Origin: Octopus sinensis | Lineage: Eukaryota | Assembly (NCBI RefSeq): GCF_006345805.1 | Contig: NC_043023.1 | Coordinates: 17,608,001-17,672,000 of the forward strand | Direction: 5' to 3' | DNA length: 64,000 bases | Shown: positions 1 to 42,974 of the stretch, piece after piece | How positions within the stretch are numbered: position 1 is the first letter of the stretch | Layout: each line of letters starts with the position of its first letter | Notes under the pieces: generated by a model | What the model was told of the DNA's origin: nothing | The model's database searches: none | The model's input: the letters and a program-made list of their open reading frames with translations, nothing else | Program-made: the position numbers and the translations under genes

Positions 1-228
1 GTATTTTGGATCGGATTAAATGATTTTGTTTTCTTTTTTTCCTGACATGAATTTAACTCTCCTTATGACGTAAGATTTGTATCTGATGTCTTCAAGCACA
101 ACATTTCTGATTGTTGGTTTTTTTCTGATTCGAAACTTTTTGTAATTGGCTTCATTGATTACCCTGGCTTGTCTTCAACGTTTTACTTAGGCACCTGAAT
201 ACATTCAGGCGTGCTGCTAGGATCAGTA

Positions 229-300
229 TCCTACTACTACTACTACTGCTGTTGCTTTTGCTGCTGCTACTACTACTGTATAGAGTAGTAGTTGTACTAT
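229..300. repeat. (CTA)n/(CTG)n trinucleotide repeat
   Basis: ctactactactactactgctg... read directly; explains the poly-Ser/Thr of minus ORF 152-397. Confidence 0.85.
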
Positions 301-421
301 ATAGATTAGTACATTTACTTGCCCAGCCACCATCATCAATATCCATGTATTTCCAGGATATAATCCACACCAATGAATTCTCTGAGATATATCTCATACA
401 AATGTTTTATTTCTTTTTCAG

Positions 422-28982
<28,561 letters not shown>

Positions 28983-29462
28983 AAAACAAATGGTTTTGAA
29001 AACCTCATTTTCCTCTATACATATTTCTATACAAAAGAACTTTATTTTTTTCTATTAATACAACACTATGAAACTGAGAGACTGTATATAGCACAATGTA
29101 GTTTAAACACGGTTTAGTACATTTTCCTTTTTCTTTAACACGCAAAATCTAAAATCATATGGTTTCATTTGTAATTCTATAGATGTTTTCTTGCTGCCAA
29201 TTTCACTTTTAATTTTCAGTATAATCTTCAGTTTTTCTTAATGAAGTAATAAATGTGTTTTCTTTGTACAAACTATTTTTCTTTTAGTTGAAGCATCGCA
29301 ATATTGCAATCTTAGTTCAAATCGTGTCTGAGAAAGGGAGAGGGAGAGAGAGAGAGAGACATTGATTATTTCATCAGTTGCTAATTACTCCTCTAAAAAT
29401 GTGCATCATGGTTTTTAGCTGATTAGATTTATAATCCGTTATCTAATTATTATTATTATCAG

Positions 29463-29538
29463 GTCTCTCACTTGTCATTGTGTTACTTAATCTGATAATA
29501 AACATTTCACAAACCACTGCGTTTACAACCAGAGAAAT
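29463..29538 (+). pseudogene. Orphan diverged duplicate of the aGPCR TM4-ECL2 exon
   Basis: Flanked by attatcag and gtatgt. Same phases (1/2) as exon 24194-24266 and similar length (76 vs 73 nt). GLSLVIVLLNLIIN vs GLPMIIVTVTLAIN; 28 of the first 41 nt identical by manual alignment. Confidence 0.55.
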
Positions 29539-30311
29539 GTATGTATTTCTGCCTCTTAACTTGTATTCTCTTTAAACATTAACACAAACATTTGTATTCG
29601 CATCCCGGACTGACTACATTGAATCAATCAGGAGTTTGGTACCAAATAATTTCAAAAACTTAAATAACATCTAATTACCATTGAAGATTCGTTGAGAGAA
29701 ATAAACAAAATGTTTTAATAAATTGGTTATGTTTACACATCCTGTTGCTTATAATTATATCCGTACAAGTTTGGGTTAGAATTTCCCCATATAACATGAT
29801 AGGGCAATAATTGAAAATTCAACCAACTTTACCCTATTTTCAGTTCATTAAGAATATTCACAAAGATGGATGAGATGGGAACTCAGAAATCTGTGACTTG
29901 AAAGTGATATGAAATATATGACATACATATCCAGCCCATACCAGTGTGGAGAATTAACATAAAACACTTTGATGATACTAATAATGATGACACGCAACTT
30001 AACATTCACCTCAAATACAAAAAACATAAATGGATCATGATTATAAAAGAAAGAAATGATAAAATTATATAAATTAAGAAAACTTAGTGGAAATTCCATA
30101 GGTTTCGCAACTGAACATAACTTATAAACATCTTTTTCAATTCAAACTCTTTCTTCCCAAATATAACATACTTAGCATAATATGCCCAGTAATTTTTAAA
30201 AAAGGCTCGATATAAATTTTCTTTGATGAATAAGTAATGTTTAAGTTAAAATACTCAAAGATAAATAATTAATGAAGAAACTTATTCAGACTTCACAGGG
30301 CTAAACTATCA

Positions 30312-30520
30312 TTTATTACATCCGCCTTAGCGAAGGCGGAGATATTGTTTTCAGATGTAGTTGTTTGTCCGTGGACAAGATATCACAAGAACCATGGGAT
30401 GGATTCGACGAAAGGTTCAGGTATGTTTGTCCTGACAAGCACTAACTGATTACATCTTGGAAGTTACCCGGTACCGGACAAGAATTCTGGTTTATTCGTT
30501 ACAGTTACTTTACATAATTA
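30312..30520 (+). mobile_element. Helentron/HINE-like non-autonomous element end
   Basis: Perfect hairpin tccgcctt-agcg-aaggcgga (30321-30340) preceded by tttattac and followed by gatattgttttcag...gtttgtccgt, the layout of DINE/HINE termini. Confidence 0.45.
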
Positions 30521-31239
30521 CGATCTTAAGTCAACATTCAAGTGTTTCCTAATTATCTCCCTTTAGGCTGTAACTATTTTCAACGGTGAATTTGGTAACT
30601 TAGGCTTGGATTAGTTAAGCACCTTTACTGATATAAATGTCAATATGGTTCTTTAAAATACAATGTTAAACGGTTGTTGCAACATCCTCTTTGGTAATGA
30701 ATTACCAAAGAGGATTTACAAAAACATGCACTACCTCTTCCTCTGAGATTATTCCCTTATCCACAGGCATGAAACTAACCCCACCCCGGCAGGATTTGTA
30801 GTTCTGCGACCCGCATGGCAACCTCAATAATCGGGTAGTATGATAAAAAGCACTGAGCCCATGCTGTAAAGTGCTTGATGTTATGAAGGGCATCTAACCA
30901 GAAATAGGAGACCAAAACAGACATTTGAGCGGAGTGCAGTCCTTGGATGCTGTCCAGTCCAAGCCAGAAAGGAACATGGATGTTAGATGATGATGAAAAT
31001 GAGGATGATGTTATTTACTCTGTTGATGATGACAATCAAGGAAATGATGAACATGATTATAAGCAATTTAAAATTGTTTTGTATATGATTATATTTCTTT
31101 TTTTATTTTTTTATTTCATCTAGTTTTAGATCAGGAGAAGTGGTCATGCTGGGGCAACGTCATTTAGTGTTGCTATATAATTCTACTTCACGAATACTTT
31201 GTAGCAATTGATATTTGGTGCATGAGAGAGTTCGATGCA

Positions 31240-32335
31240 GCTGCTCTCATCTACACCTACTGCCAGACATCTAACAGGAAGAGGTCCAGCATTATTTTAA
31301 GACACCTGCATCCACCCCATGCAGGTGTCTCAGGTCCTTCGGGAGGATATTGAAGAGCTGTGGATCTCTAAATCCCAGACTACTGCAGTATATTTTCCTA
31401 CATCTTGATGGCAAGTTTGGAGTCATTGACACTATGCAGTGGCGCCCAGTTCTAGCATTTATGTAACTCTGGATTCCAAAGTTTGGGTCAAGTCCTTCCA
31501 GGATCTTCCACATGTATATTATGACTTATCTTTCTCGCCTACGCTCTACAGAATAGAGTCTTAATCTCTTGAGTCTTTCCCAATAGCTTATATGCTGCAT
31601 AGAGGCTATCTTCTTCGTGTAGCTTCGTTGTATTGTCTGAAGTTTTGCGATTAAGTTGACTCTGGTTGGTGACCATAGCTGAGAGCAATTGTCAAAGTGG
31701 CTTAGGACAAGTGTCCTCCAGAGGACCATCATGCTTTCCTGGTCCCTTGTTCTAAAGGTTGCATCATTACTCATGTAAATACTCGGGTCTCGCACTGACT
31801 GTGCCTCTGGGATTGCAATCCCTCCAGGTCCAGTGTATTTATTGAGTATTGCATTTAGTTTTGCATGCTGATAGCATAAAGCTTGAAACCTTTCAGCATT
31901 GAACTGCATGTTATTCTTTTCAGCCCACTTATATATTTTGTCGAGCTCACATTGCAGGTGCATAGCGACTTCAGGGTTCTGTATTACCTGTGAAACTTTT
32001 GTATCATCTGCATAACGTGTGATCTTGGCGCTCTGCGTGGCTGAGGGCATGCCTGTGAGGGCAAGTATGAACAGTAGTGATCCCAAAATAGTGCTTTGCG
32101 AAATAAGGATCACTATTTGCGTGTCATTGGAGGTGACCCATTGGCTACTACCACCTGACTTCTATCCTTATGAAAGTCATGAAGCCATTCTCCCAATTTT
32201 CCGACCATGCCAAGATAACGCACATTGTGACATATCATTCCATGATAAAATTTTATCAACGGTCTTTGTAAAGTCGAGATATAACACTTCCACATTTGAG
32301 TGGTTGAGCAGCTGTTTCAGCAACCAGTCACATCA
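31240..32335 (-). mobile_element. CR1/L2-type LINE RT fragment, family 1 copy 1
   Basis: YADDTKVSQVI, LKRLRLYSVERRRER, WKILEGLDPNFGI; ORFs 31526-32113 and 31292-31513. Confidence 0.85.
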
Positions 32336-32343
32336 TTGTAAGA

Positions 32344-32427
<84 letters not shown>

Positions 32428-32455
32428 AGAGAGAGAGAGCGAGAGAGAGAGTGGG

Positions 32456-32506
<51 letters not shown>

Positions 32507-32507
32507 C

Positions 32508-32550
<43 letters not shown>

Positions 32551-32793
32551 TATAAATACATAGATACGTGTGTGTATATGTTTGTGTGTCTGTGCTTCTC
32601 CCCACAACATCGCTTGACAACCGATGCTGGTGTCTTCACGACCCCGTAACTTAACGGTTCGGGAAAATGAGGGCGATTGTATAAGTAAAAGGCATACAAA
32701 AAATCCCTGGGTCGATTTGCCTGTCTAAAGGCAGTGCACCAGCATGGCCACAAACAAAAAACCTAAAACAAGTAAAACAGTAAAGAGTAAAGA

Positions 32794-32989
<196 letters not shown>

Positions 32990-33869
32990 CTGTGTATGTG
33001 GGTGGGTCTGATAGTAGATTAGTATATTGATTGCATATTTCTTTCATTATTTCATCAGAGCTTTCTTCTTCCAACAAATGCCGATATGGGAATGTTTCGA
33101 AATTCCCACTAATTCTACGGAAAACTTTTTCTAAAAGAATTCCAATATAATCAGCATGTACAATATATATCAAACATTTTATTAAAAATAACAACCTTTC
33201 TTTAAGTGAAACCGAAGCAAATTCGAGGGTCATATTTGTGCAGGAATAACCCATAGGCATTCGATACAGATTGTGTACGTATGTGCCAAAAACAGTTTGT
33301 GTGAGATTTGGCTGCTTTTTCTAGCATGTGGATATCCTGTTTGAAGCCCGTAGGATCGGGAGGGATGGAGGTTGAAGCAGATTGAGATGGCAACCTCAAT
33401 AGCGGGTAGTATGATAAAAGCACCGAGCCCATGCTGTGAATTGGTTGATGTTAGGAAGGGAATCTAACCAGAATTAGGAGACCAAAGCAGACATTTGAGC
33501 GGAGTGCAGTCCTTGGATCCTGTCCAGTCCAAGCCAGAAAATAACATGGATGTTAGATGATGATGAAAATGACGATGATGTTATTTACTCTGTTGATGAT
33601 GACATTCAAGGAAATGATGAACATGATTATGAACTCCGACGCCCGGACAGATTTAGCTATACGCAATTTAGAATTGTTTTGTATATGATTATGTGTGTTA
33701 TTTTAGTTATTTTTTATTTCATCTAGTTTCAGCTCAGGAGGTGTGGTCATGTTGGGATTCTGACATTTGGTGTTAATACATAATTCTACTTCACGAAGGC
33801 TTTTTAGCAATTGACATTTGGTGCATGAGAGAGTTTCATGCAGCTGCCCTCATCTGCACCTCCTACTAC

Positions 33870-35020
33870 GAAGCTGGTTCATCTGGGACATCTGACAGGA
33901 AGAGGTCCAGCATTATTTTGAAGACACCTGCATCCACCCCATGCAGGTGTCTCAGCTCCATCGGGAGGATATTGAAGAGCTGTGGATCTCTAAATCCCAG
34001 GCTACTGCAACGTCTTGTTCTACATCTTAATGGCAAGTTTGGAGTCATTGACACTATGGCGTGGCCCCCAGTTCTTGTACTTCTGTAACTCTGGATGCCA
34101 AAGTTTTTGACAAGTCCTTCCAGGATCATTCCAGATGTATATTATGGCATATCTTTCTCGCCTACACTGTAAGGAATAGTGTCTTAATCTCTTGAGTCTT
34201 TTCCAATAGCTTATATACTGCATAGAGGCTACCTTTTTCGTGTAGCTTCGTTGTATTGTCTCACGTTCTGCGATTAATTTGACACTGGTTGGTGACCATA
34301 GCTGAGAGAAATTGTCAAAGTGGGTTAGGACAAGTGTCCTCTAGAAGACCATCATGGTTTCCTGGTCTCTTGTTCTAAACGTTCTCAGAATCCATCCACT
34401 CAGCCGCCTACATTTCATTGCCAATTTAGCAACATGCACATGAAAGGTTGCATCATTACTGATGTAAATGCCCAGGTCTCGCATTGATTGTGCCTCTGGG
34501 ATTGCAATCCCTCCAGGTCCAGTGTATTTACTGGGTATTGCATTTAGATTTGCATGCTGATAGCATAAAACTTGTAACTTTTTCAGCATTGAACTGCATG
34601 CTAATTTTTTCGGCCCATTTGGTATATTTCATCCAGCTCACATTGTAGGTGCATAGCGTCTTTAGGGTTCTGTATTACATGTGAATCTTTTGTATCATCT
34701 GCATAACTTGTGATTGTGGCTCTCTGTGTGGCTGAGGGCATGTCTGAGAGGGCAATTATGAACAGTAGTTGTCCGAAAATAGTGCTTTGCAAAATAGGGA
34801 TCACTATTTGCGTGTCATTGGAAGCTACTACCATCTGACTTCTATCCTTCAGAAATTCATGAAGCCATTCTCCCAATTTTCCAACCATGCCAAGATGACG
34901 CACATTGTGACATATCATTCCATGATAAATTTTATGAACGGCCTTTGGAACGTCGAGATATAACACTTCCACATTTGAGTGGCTGAGCAGCTGTTTCAGC
35001 AACCAGTCACAGTATTGTAA
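33870..35020 (-). mobile_element. CR1/L2-type LINE RT fragment, family 1 copy 2
   Basis: Same motifs and same truncation point next to (TA)n as copy 1. Confidence 0.85.
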
Positions 35021-35022
35021 GA

Positions 35023-35076
<54 letters not shown>

Positions 35077-35226
35077 GGTGTGCGTTAATTACCTTGCTAG
35101 TGAATCACAGTGTTCCATGTTCGGTCCCACTGCGTGGCAAATTTGGCATGTGTCTTCTACTATAGCCTCAGGCCGACCATAGGTTTGTCAGTGGATTTGG
35201 AAGACGGAAACTGAAAGTGGCCCATC

Positions 35227-35403
<177 letters not shown>

Positions 35404-36477
35404 GATAGATAGATAGATACATCCATACATACATACATATGTGAGTGTATATGTTTGTGTGTCTCTGTTTGTCCCCACAACATCGCTTGACAAACGATGC
35501 TGGTGACTTTACGACCCCGTAACTTAGCGGTTCGGGAAAATGAGGGTGACTGAATAAGTAATAGTCTTACAAGAAAATAAGCTCTGGGTCGATTTGCCTG
35601 TCTAAAGGCGGTGCTCCAGCATGGCCACAATCAAATGACCTAAAACAAGTAAAACAGTACAGAGTAAGGAGTATATATGCATGTGTGTGGATGGGTGGGT
35701 GTGATAGTAGATTAGTAGATTGATTGCATATTTCTTTCATTATTTCATCAGAGCTTTCTTCGTCGAAAAAATGCCGATATTGGAATTTTTTGAAATTCTC
35801 CCCACCTCTAGGAAAAACTTTTCTAAAAGAATTCCATTATAATCAGCATGTACACAATATATCAAAAATTTTACTAAAAATATGAACCTTTCTTTCAGTT
35901 AAAAGGAAGCAAATTCGAGGGTTATATTTGTGCAGGAATAACCCATAGGCATTCGATAGAGATTGTGTACGTATGAGCCAAAAACAGTTTGTGTGAGATT
36001 TGGCTGCTTTTTCTAGCATGTGAATATCCTGTTTGAAGCCCGTAGAATCGGGAGGGGTGGAGGTTGAAGCAGATTGAGATGACAACCTCAATAGTCGGGT
36101 AGTATGATAAAAGCACCGAGCCCATGCTGTGAATTGGTTGATGTTTGGAAGGGCATATAACCAGAAATAGGAGACCAAAGCAGACATTTGAGCGGAGTGC
36201 AGTCCTTGGATCCTGTCCAGTCCAAGCCAGAAAGGAACATGGATGTTAGATGATGATGACAATGATGATGATGTTATTTACTTTGTTGATGATGACAATC
36301 AAGGAAATGATGAACATGATTATAAGCAATTTAGAATTGTTTTCTAAATGATTATTGATATATATATATATATTGAGTGTGTGTTAATTATCTTGTTAAC
36401 GAACGACATGGTTCCTAGTTCAGTCCCACTGCGTGTTACCTTGGGTATGTGTCTTCTACTATAGCCTCAGGACTCAA

Positions 36478-36870
36478 ATGTGGAAGTGTTATATCTCGAC
36501 GCTGCAAAGGCCGATAAAGGTTGATAAATATTGAATGATATGTCACAATGTGCGTGATCTTGGCATAGTTGAAACATTGTGAGAATGGCTTCATGACTTT
36601 CTGAAGTATAAAAATGAAGGTGGTAGTAGCCAATGGGGCCTCCTCCAATGATACGCAGATAGGGACCGGTGTCCCACAACGCTCTATTTTAGGACCACTT
36701 CTGCTCATAATGGCCCCCTCAGAATGTCCTCAGAACGCCACGATCACAAGTTATGCAGATGATACAAAAGTTTCACAGGTAATACAGAACCCTGAAGACA
36801 CTATGCACCTGCAATGTGAACTGGACAAAATATACAAGGGAGCTGAAAAGAATAGCATGCAGTTCAATAC
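36478..36870 (+). mobile_element. CR1/L2-type RT fragment, family 1, inverted copy
   Basis: ORF 36614-36895: GVPQRSILGPLL, YADDTKVSQVI. Confidence 0.8.
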
Positions 36871-36955
36871 TAAAATTTGCCTTATAGAGACATAAACAAA
36901 GCAACACCATGTCAGGCTGCAATCGAAGGATAAGGACACACATAAACATGAACAC

Positions 36956-37039
<84 letters not shown>

Positions 37040-37779
37040 ACACACACACAAACCTTCCAATGTTTAAGTAATGCAAACGATAGGCCGTCAAAATTCATTT
37101 ATATTTAAGGCAGATAAAATTAATCATAAAATAGTGTTAAGGGAGGTAACTCTCAAATATAAGTCATAATTGACGTAAAATATCCCTGTTTAAGTTAGTG
37201 TATATTTTTTTGCGTGTCTGCTTTTTTGTTCGGTGTGTTCAAACGCTTCTATCCTTGAATCTGTTTGTATATGCGGGTTTATGTGTGTGTATGTGTATAT
37301 GTATGTGTGTGTGTGGGTGGGTGGGTGTGTTTGCGAGAGAGGGAGAGAGAGGGGGACAGGAAAGCATGGGAGGTTGGAGTAATGCAGTAATAAGCTCTAT
37401 AGAACATCCTTACATCGAATCTTTTAACAGTTTGCTCTTTACCCTGGATTTCCTTCATTCATTGGATTGTGGCCATGCTGGAGCACCGCCCTCAAGAGTT
37501 TCTGACGGGTTAACTGGACCTATTTATTTATTTATTTGTAATTTCTCCTTATTCTTCCGTCTTGTATCGCTCAACGTTGCTTCATAGAGACACAAACAAA
37601 GCAACACCGTGTTAGGCTGCAATCGTATGATTAGGACACTCATAAACATGAACACACACACATCTAGAGACTTCACAAGCTCCTAAATAAATAGAATTCT
37701 TATGTTTTAACGCCCATCTCCAACCTAAGTTTTTTCTTCATGTTTACACTCGATGTAGAATGTTTAAATGTTTATATCC

Positions 37780-38360
37780 TGTCATCGAATTGGAAATAAG
37801 GGCTTTTCCTCAATGATCTCGTGTCGCTTAATTTGGATGTGGTAGTAGTTAGAGAAACCTGGCTGAGTGGACTGACAAGCATTTCTCCCCGCCTAAACTG
37901 CTACGAGAAATTTATTTCTCCTGGTCACCCTGGTCGTAGTTCTGCTCAAGAAAAACTGGATTTAGCATCAAGAGTAATCTTTATTGATCCGGGGGTGGGA
38001 GTAGCCTGGTCGTCGTTAGACAATTTTCTAGGCTAGAGAATTTTCTAGGTACGTCACACTCCTTAGTGGATTGTGTTTGCTCGAATATGGATAGGAGGAG
38101 AAACACGTATCTCTTCGATCTGCTTAAGCGTTTTTTGCTGGCAAATCTGTATATACTGGAACACCCAGACACTCCACTGTGGACATGGATGAATAGCGAT
38201 GGGTCTTCTAGATCTTATATGGACAGGCTATTTCTTAGATGTATAGTTAAAGATGCATTTGTGGGTGCACAATTTCACTACGTCAACTACAGTGATCAGA
38301 AGCCTGTGACCAGAAAGTTTGAACTCGATAGGTTACATAGGCAAGGTCCCGGCTTCTAGA
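37780..38360 (+). mobile_element. Tx1/L1-type APE endonuclease fragment (copy 1)
   Basis: LDVVVVRETWL; WTWMNSDGSSRSYMDRLFLR; HYVNYSDQKPV (degenerate SDH motif). Confidence 0.75.
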
Positions 38361-38602
38361 AGCTCCTTGGTTACCTTGGATTTCTTTCATTCATTGGATT
38401 GTGTCCATGCTGGGGCTCCGCCTTGAAGAATTTTCGTCGCTTTAACTGGACCTTTATATTTATTTATTTATTTGTAATCTGTTCTTATGCTTCCGACCTG
38501 TAACGCTAAACGTTGCTTTATAGTGACATAAACAAAGTAACAACGTGTCAGGTTGCGATCAGAGGACAAGCATTCACACAAAATATCTCAGGGACGCATG
38601 CA

Positions 38603-38658
<56 letters not shown>

Positions 38659-38936
38659 TACACATACCCTTAATACATATACGCAATCTGATATGAATGC
38701 ACTTGCAAATATTCATCCATGCTTGCGTATATTCATACATACATACATACATACATACACGCATACATATACATATATGCATGCAAACATACCTACATAC
38801 AGTCGCACATGCATTCATACATACATGCATACATATATACATGCATGCATACATACATACATACATACATATATACATACATATATGCAATCACATATAT
38901 ATATATACTTACAGACATATATATATATATATATAT

Positions 38937-39008
<72 letters not shown>

Positions 39009-39109
39009 GTACATATATATATATATATATATATATACGTACATATATATATATATATATATATACATACATACATATATACGTAGATATACATACATGC
39101 ATCGTTTTA

Positions 39110-42100
39110 TGAGTACGAAGATGACTCATGAATCCAGCTTTACTGAGGCAGGGTCTTGCACAGACATCGCATGTCAGAATCAAATGAACACCCTTCCCTT
39201 CTGGAAGTGTACCAGCGATGCCCTTCCTGACATCCCTCCTTACTTTCCCATGTGCAACTCAAGATTTCTCAAATGTTGCTGTCCCCTCATGCACAATCCT
39301 TCTCCACCTGCTACGATCAATAGCTATGCCTTCCTATGTGTCAGGTGAGATGTAAGCATATCTTCAGGAAGCCTTCAGCAAGTCCTTATACCTCTTTTTG
39401 GGTTTATGCGGAGGTCGTTCTCCTTTAGCTAACTCTCCATAAAAGAGTTGTTTTGGCATCCTTGAATCCTTCATTCTGACCAGATGACCACTCCATCTGA
39501 GCCTTTGCTTTAACACAAGAGCTTCTATACTTTCACACCGAGAGCCTTCGAGTATTTCAAGATCACCGATGCGGTCCTTTCATTTAATGCCATAGATCCG
39601 TCTGAAGCACATCTGATGGAAACGTTCCAGTTGTTTAAGGTGGTATCCATATATGACCCACGTTTTGCAGGCAGAGAGAATAGAAGGGAGCACACATGCC
39701 TTGTACACCCTTATCTTTTTCTTTCTGCATATGTATCGCGGACTCCATGGGCGCTTTTCTAGCCTTCCGAAAGCAACACTTGCTTTCCTAATTCGATATT
39801 GAATTTCATCATCCACATTGCCATATCTATTAATAGTGCTTCCCAGGTAGACAATGTGATCGCCTACATCAAGTCGTTTACCATTCACATAGATATTTGG
39901 TACACTATACTGCTTACCAGGGGTAGGTTGATGCATGAAAACAGTTTTCGTGAGATTGACTGTCAATCCTAAGGCAGTGCAAGCATCAGAGAATGCATTC
40001 AAAATGTGTTGGATATCAATCTCTGTGTGTGCTACTAGCTCACAATCATCAGCATACAAAATGTTTTTTTATGATAGAGGTAAATATCTTTGTTTTTGCA
40101 GCAAGGCCCCTGATATTAAATATGTTGCCAGAGGTTCGATAATGGACGTAAACACCGTATCTGCAGTTTCTGAATGCAATACAGAACACCATCGCAAAAT
40201 ATATGGAAAATAGGGTCAATGCCAGAATATTCCCCAGTTTCACACCATTTTGTATTGAAACGAGCTCCGACATCTTCCCTCCTAGCATTCTCCCTACCAT
40301 TCATATCTTCATGAAAAGACCTAACCAAAGCAAGGAACTTTTCAGGACCCCCAATTTCTGGAGGACTTTCCACAATGCTTTTCTATTGACGGTATCAAAG
40401 GCTTTTGTCAGATCGACAAAAACCTGATACAAATCCAGACCCTGTTCCACACACTTTTCCTGAAGCTGTCTAGCTGCAAAGATCATACCAGCAGTGCCAC
40501 GCCCCACACAAAAGCCAGGTTGACCTTCTGGAAGAACACAATCTGTAATGTATTTCAACAGACGATCCAGAAGTATCCTGCATAAAACCTTTCCTACAGC
40601 AGACAGCAATGATACTCCCCTTTAATTACCACAATCATTCCTGTTGCCCTTTCACTTATACAGGACCACCATCACTGCATCTCTCCGGTCCTCAGGTACA
40701 AATTCACTAGTCCATACCTTACCAAACAAAGAGTGATGTTTCTGCAGAATTTTCTCACCCCCATGCTGTCACAACTCCGCATGTATGCCATCCATACCCG
40801 AAGACTTCCCATTATTCAACCTTGAGACAGCCATTGCATCTTCTTCCAACTTTGGTGGTTCTGCGAGTGCTGCCTTCACAGGCAATCCAGTGATGAGATT
40901 GAGAACATCCTCACTAACTACAGACTGCTGATTCAAAAGTTCATCAAAGTGTTCTTGCTACCTTCGAAGAATTCCTTGTGAATCACGAAGAAGTTCTTTA
41001 CCATCCCTGCTTCGAATTGGTGTCATCGGGGAAGACGTCGGTCCATAAACTTCTCGCAAGAGACCATACAACAGCTTTATGTTATTGGAATCTGATGCCG
41101 CCTGTATCTCGTCAGCCTTCTTACTCCACCACGTATCCCTCATCTGAGAGAGCCTTTGCCTCACACGTAATTTTACGTCTTTGAGTTCCCTATGCAACAC
41201 TTCCCTTTCCTGTGACTTTGCTGACAAATAGCGTGACAAAGTACGTCTTTTATCAGCCAATAAATCATCTATATGTTCATCATTTTCTTTGAACCAATCT
41301 TGATGCTTTCCTTGTATCAATCCCAGACCTTTCCTGCCTATATCATAAACTGACTTTTTAAGGTTCGGCCAATCCTCCCCAATATCTGCAGCATTAATAA
41401 ATTTCCTCTCGTAAAGTTCTCTTCACACTATTATACCAACATTCAGTCTTTGAGGCTGGGTCATCCCTGCAGCTCAGATTTTATGTTTTATGACTAATTT
41501 CACTGTTGCACGTACTAGGCGGTGGTCAGTCCAATACTCAGCTCCACGAAGAACACGATCACACTGCACATCCTGTCTGTCACGAACCTTAACTAGGATG
41601 TAATCCAGAATATGCCGTTCTTTAGATGCAGGGTGCATCCATGTAGTCTTAAGCTTATTCTTTGGTCGAAACATGGTATTGGTAACACACAGACTCAGCT
41701 CCTCTCACATCTGCAGCAAAAGAATGCCATTACTATTGCACTTCCCCATCCCATGCTTTGCAATTACACTCAATGTATTAAAATCCCTACCCACTCTAGC
41801 ATTAAAATCACCCAGTACGATGACTTTGTCTGCCCGAGGGATATTTCTTATAATGCCCTTCAAAGCATGGTAGAAAGAAAGTTTTTCGTCATCTGTATAG
41901 CACATAGTTGGAGCATACACACTCACCAATGTCATATAATTTCCTTTAGCCAAAGGAATTCTCATGGACATAAGACGATCGTTAATTTCGATTGGGAATT
42001 CTTCCAACTTGTCCACAAGAGTAGTCTTAACAGCAAATACCACTCCAGTCTCTACTCTAAACTCTTCATCTCTCCCTTTCTAAAAGAATGTATATTTTCC

Positions 42101-42330
42101 ACAAGATTCTGTAAGATGACCATCTCCAGGTAATCTCGTCTCAGATAAAGCAACGATGTCAAGATCATAGCGTTGAAGCTCCTTCGCAACAAGCGCAGTC
42201 CTTCTTTCAGGACATTCAGAGGACTTATGGTCAAGCAGAGTCCGTACATTCCAACAGCCAATATTCATTATTTTCTTTGGTTCTATCACATTAGCATGAT
42301 GACGGCTGGGTTCAGACTGTGATGCTCTTG
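39110..42330 (-). mobile_element. Near full-length RTE-clade LINE (APE + RT), frameshifted
   Basis: IGCWNVRTLLD...RRTALVAKELQRYDLDIVALSETRL, LGDFNARVG, WMHPASK..HILDYILV, WTDHRLV, FVDLTKAFDTVNR, YADD; several frameshifts and stops. Confidence 0.93.
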
Positions 42331-42911
42331 AGCCCCTGACAGGTCAGCTATTTCAGCTGATGTAGTTCGAGAGTCTTTACTGCCATATATTTTTATACTG
42401 TTTTGGAACATCATTTTGAGATCGATTCATGGAACGGGCTGTTTGTTGAAGTTATTGAGCAAGACACTTTATTTCACGTCACTCCAGTTCACTCAGCTGT
42501 TGAAATGAGATGTGACATCACTGCACCGAAGCAGTATCAGTCTTTGACTTGCCATTGGACAATATTGTTGGCATGGAGACGGTATTCTGTTGTGCATGGG
42601 TGATTCCCGGTCATCCATAAGCAAAATTGCCCGGATATGTACCTTGGTGGGGAACTTTCTAGGTGCAATCTCCTGGTCGATCATTACAAAAGAGGATCTA
42701 TAAAAACATGCACTACCCTACCTCCTTCCCTTAGATCATTCCCTTATCCCCTAGCATGACACTGACCCCGACCCTCCAACTGGAATGGTAGTTATGCGAC
42801 CTGCATGGCAACCTCAATAGACGGGGAGTATGATAAAAGCACCAAGCCCATGCTGTGAATTGGTTGATGTTTGGAAGGGCATCTAACCACAAATAGGAGA
42901 CCAAAGCAGAC

Positions 42912-42974
<63 letters not shown>

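Noticed and set aside
152-397. Minus-strand 81-aa ORF with poly-Ser/Thr
   Set aside because: Explained by the (CTA)n repeat; no splice or domain support.
29848-30099. Hydrophobic minus-strand ORF resembling a membrane protein
   Set aside because: Composition follows from AT-richness (F/I/Y/N bias); no motif or splice context recognised.
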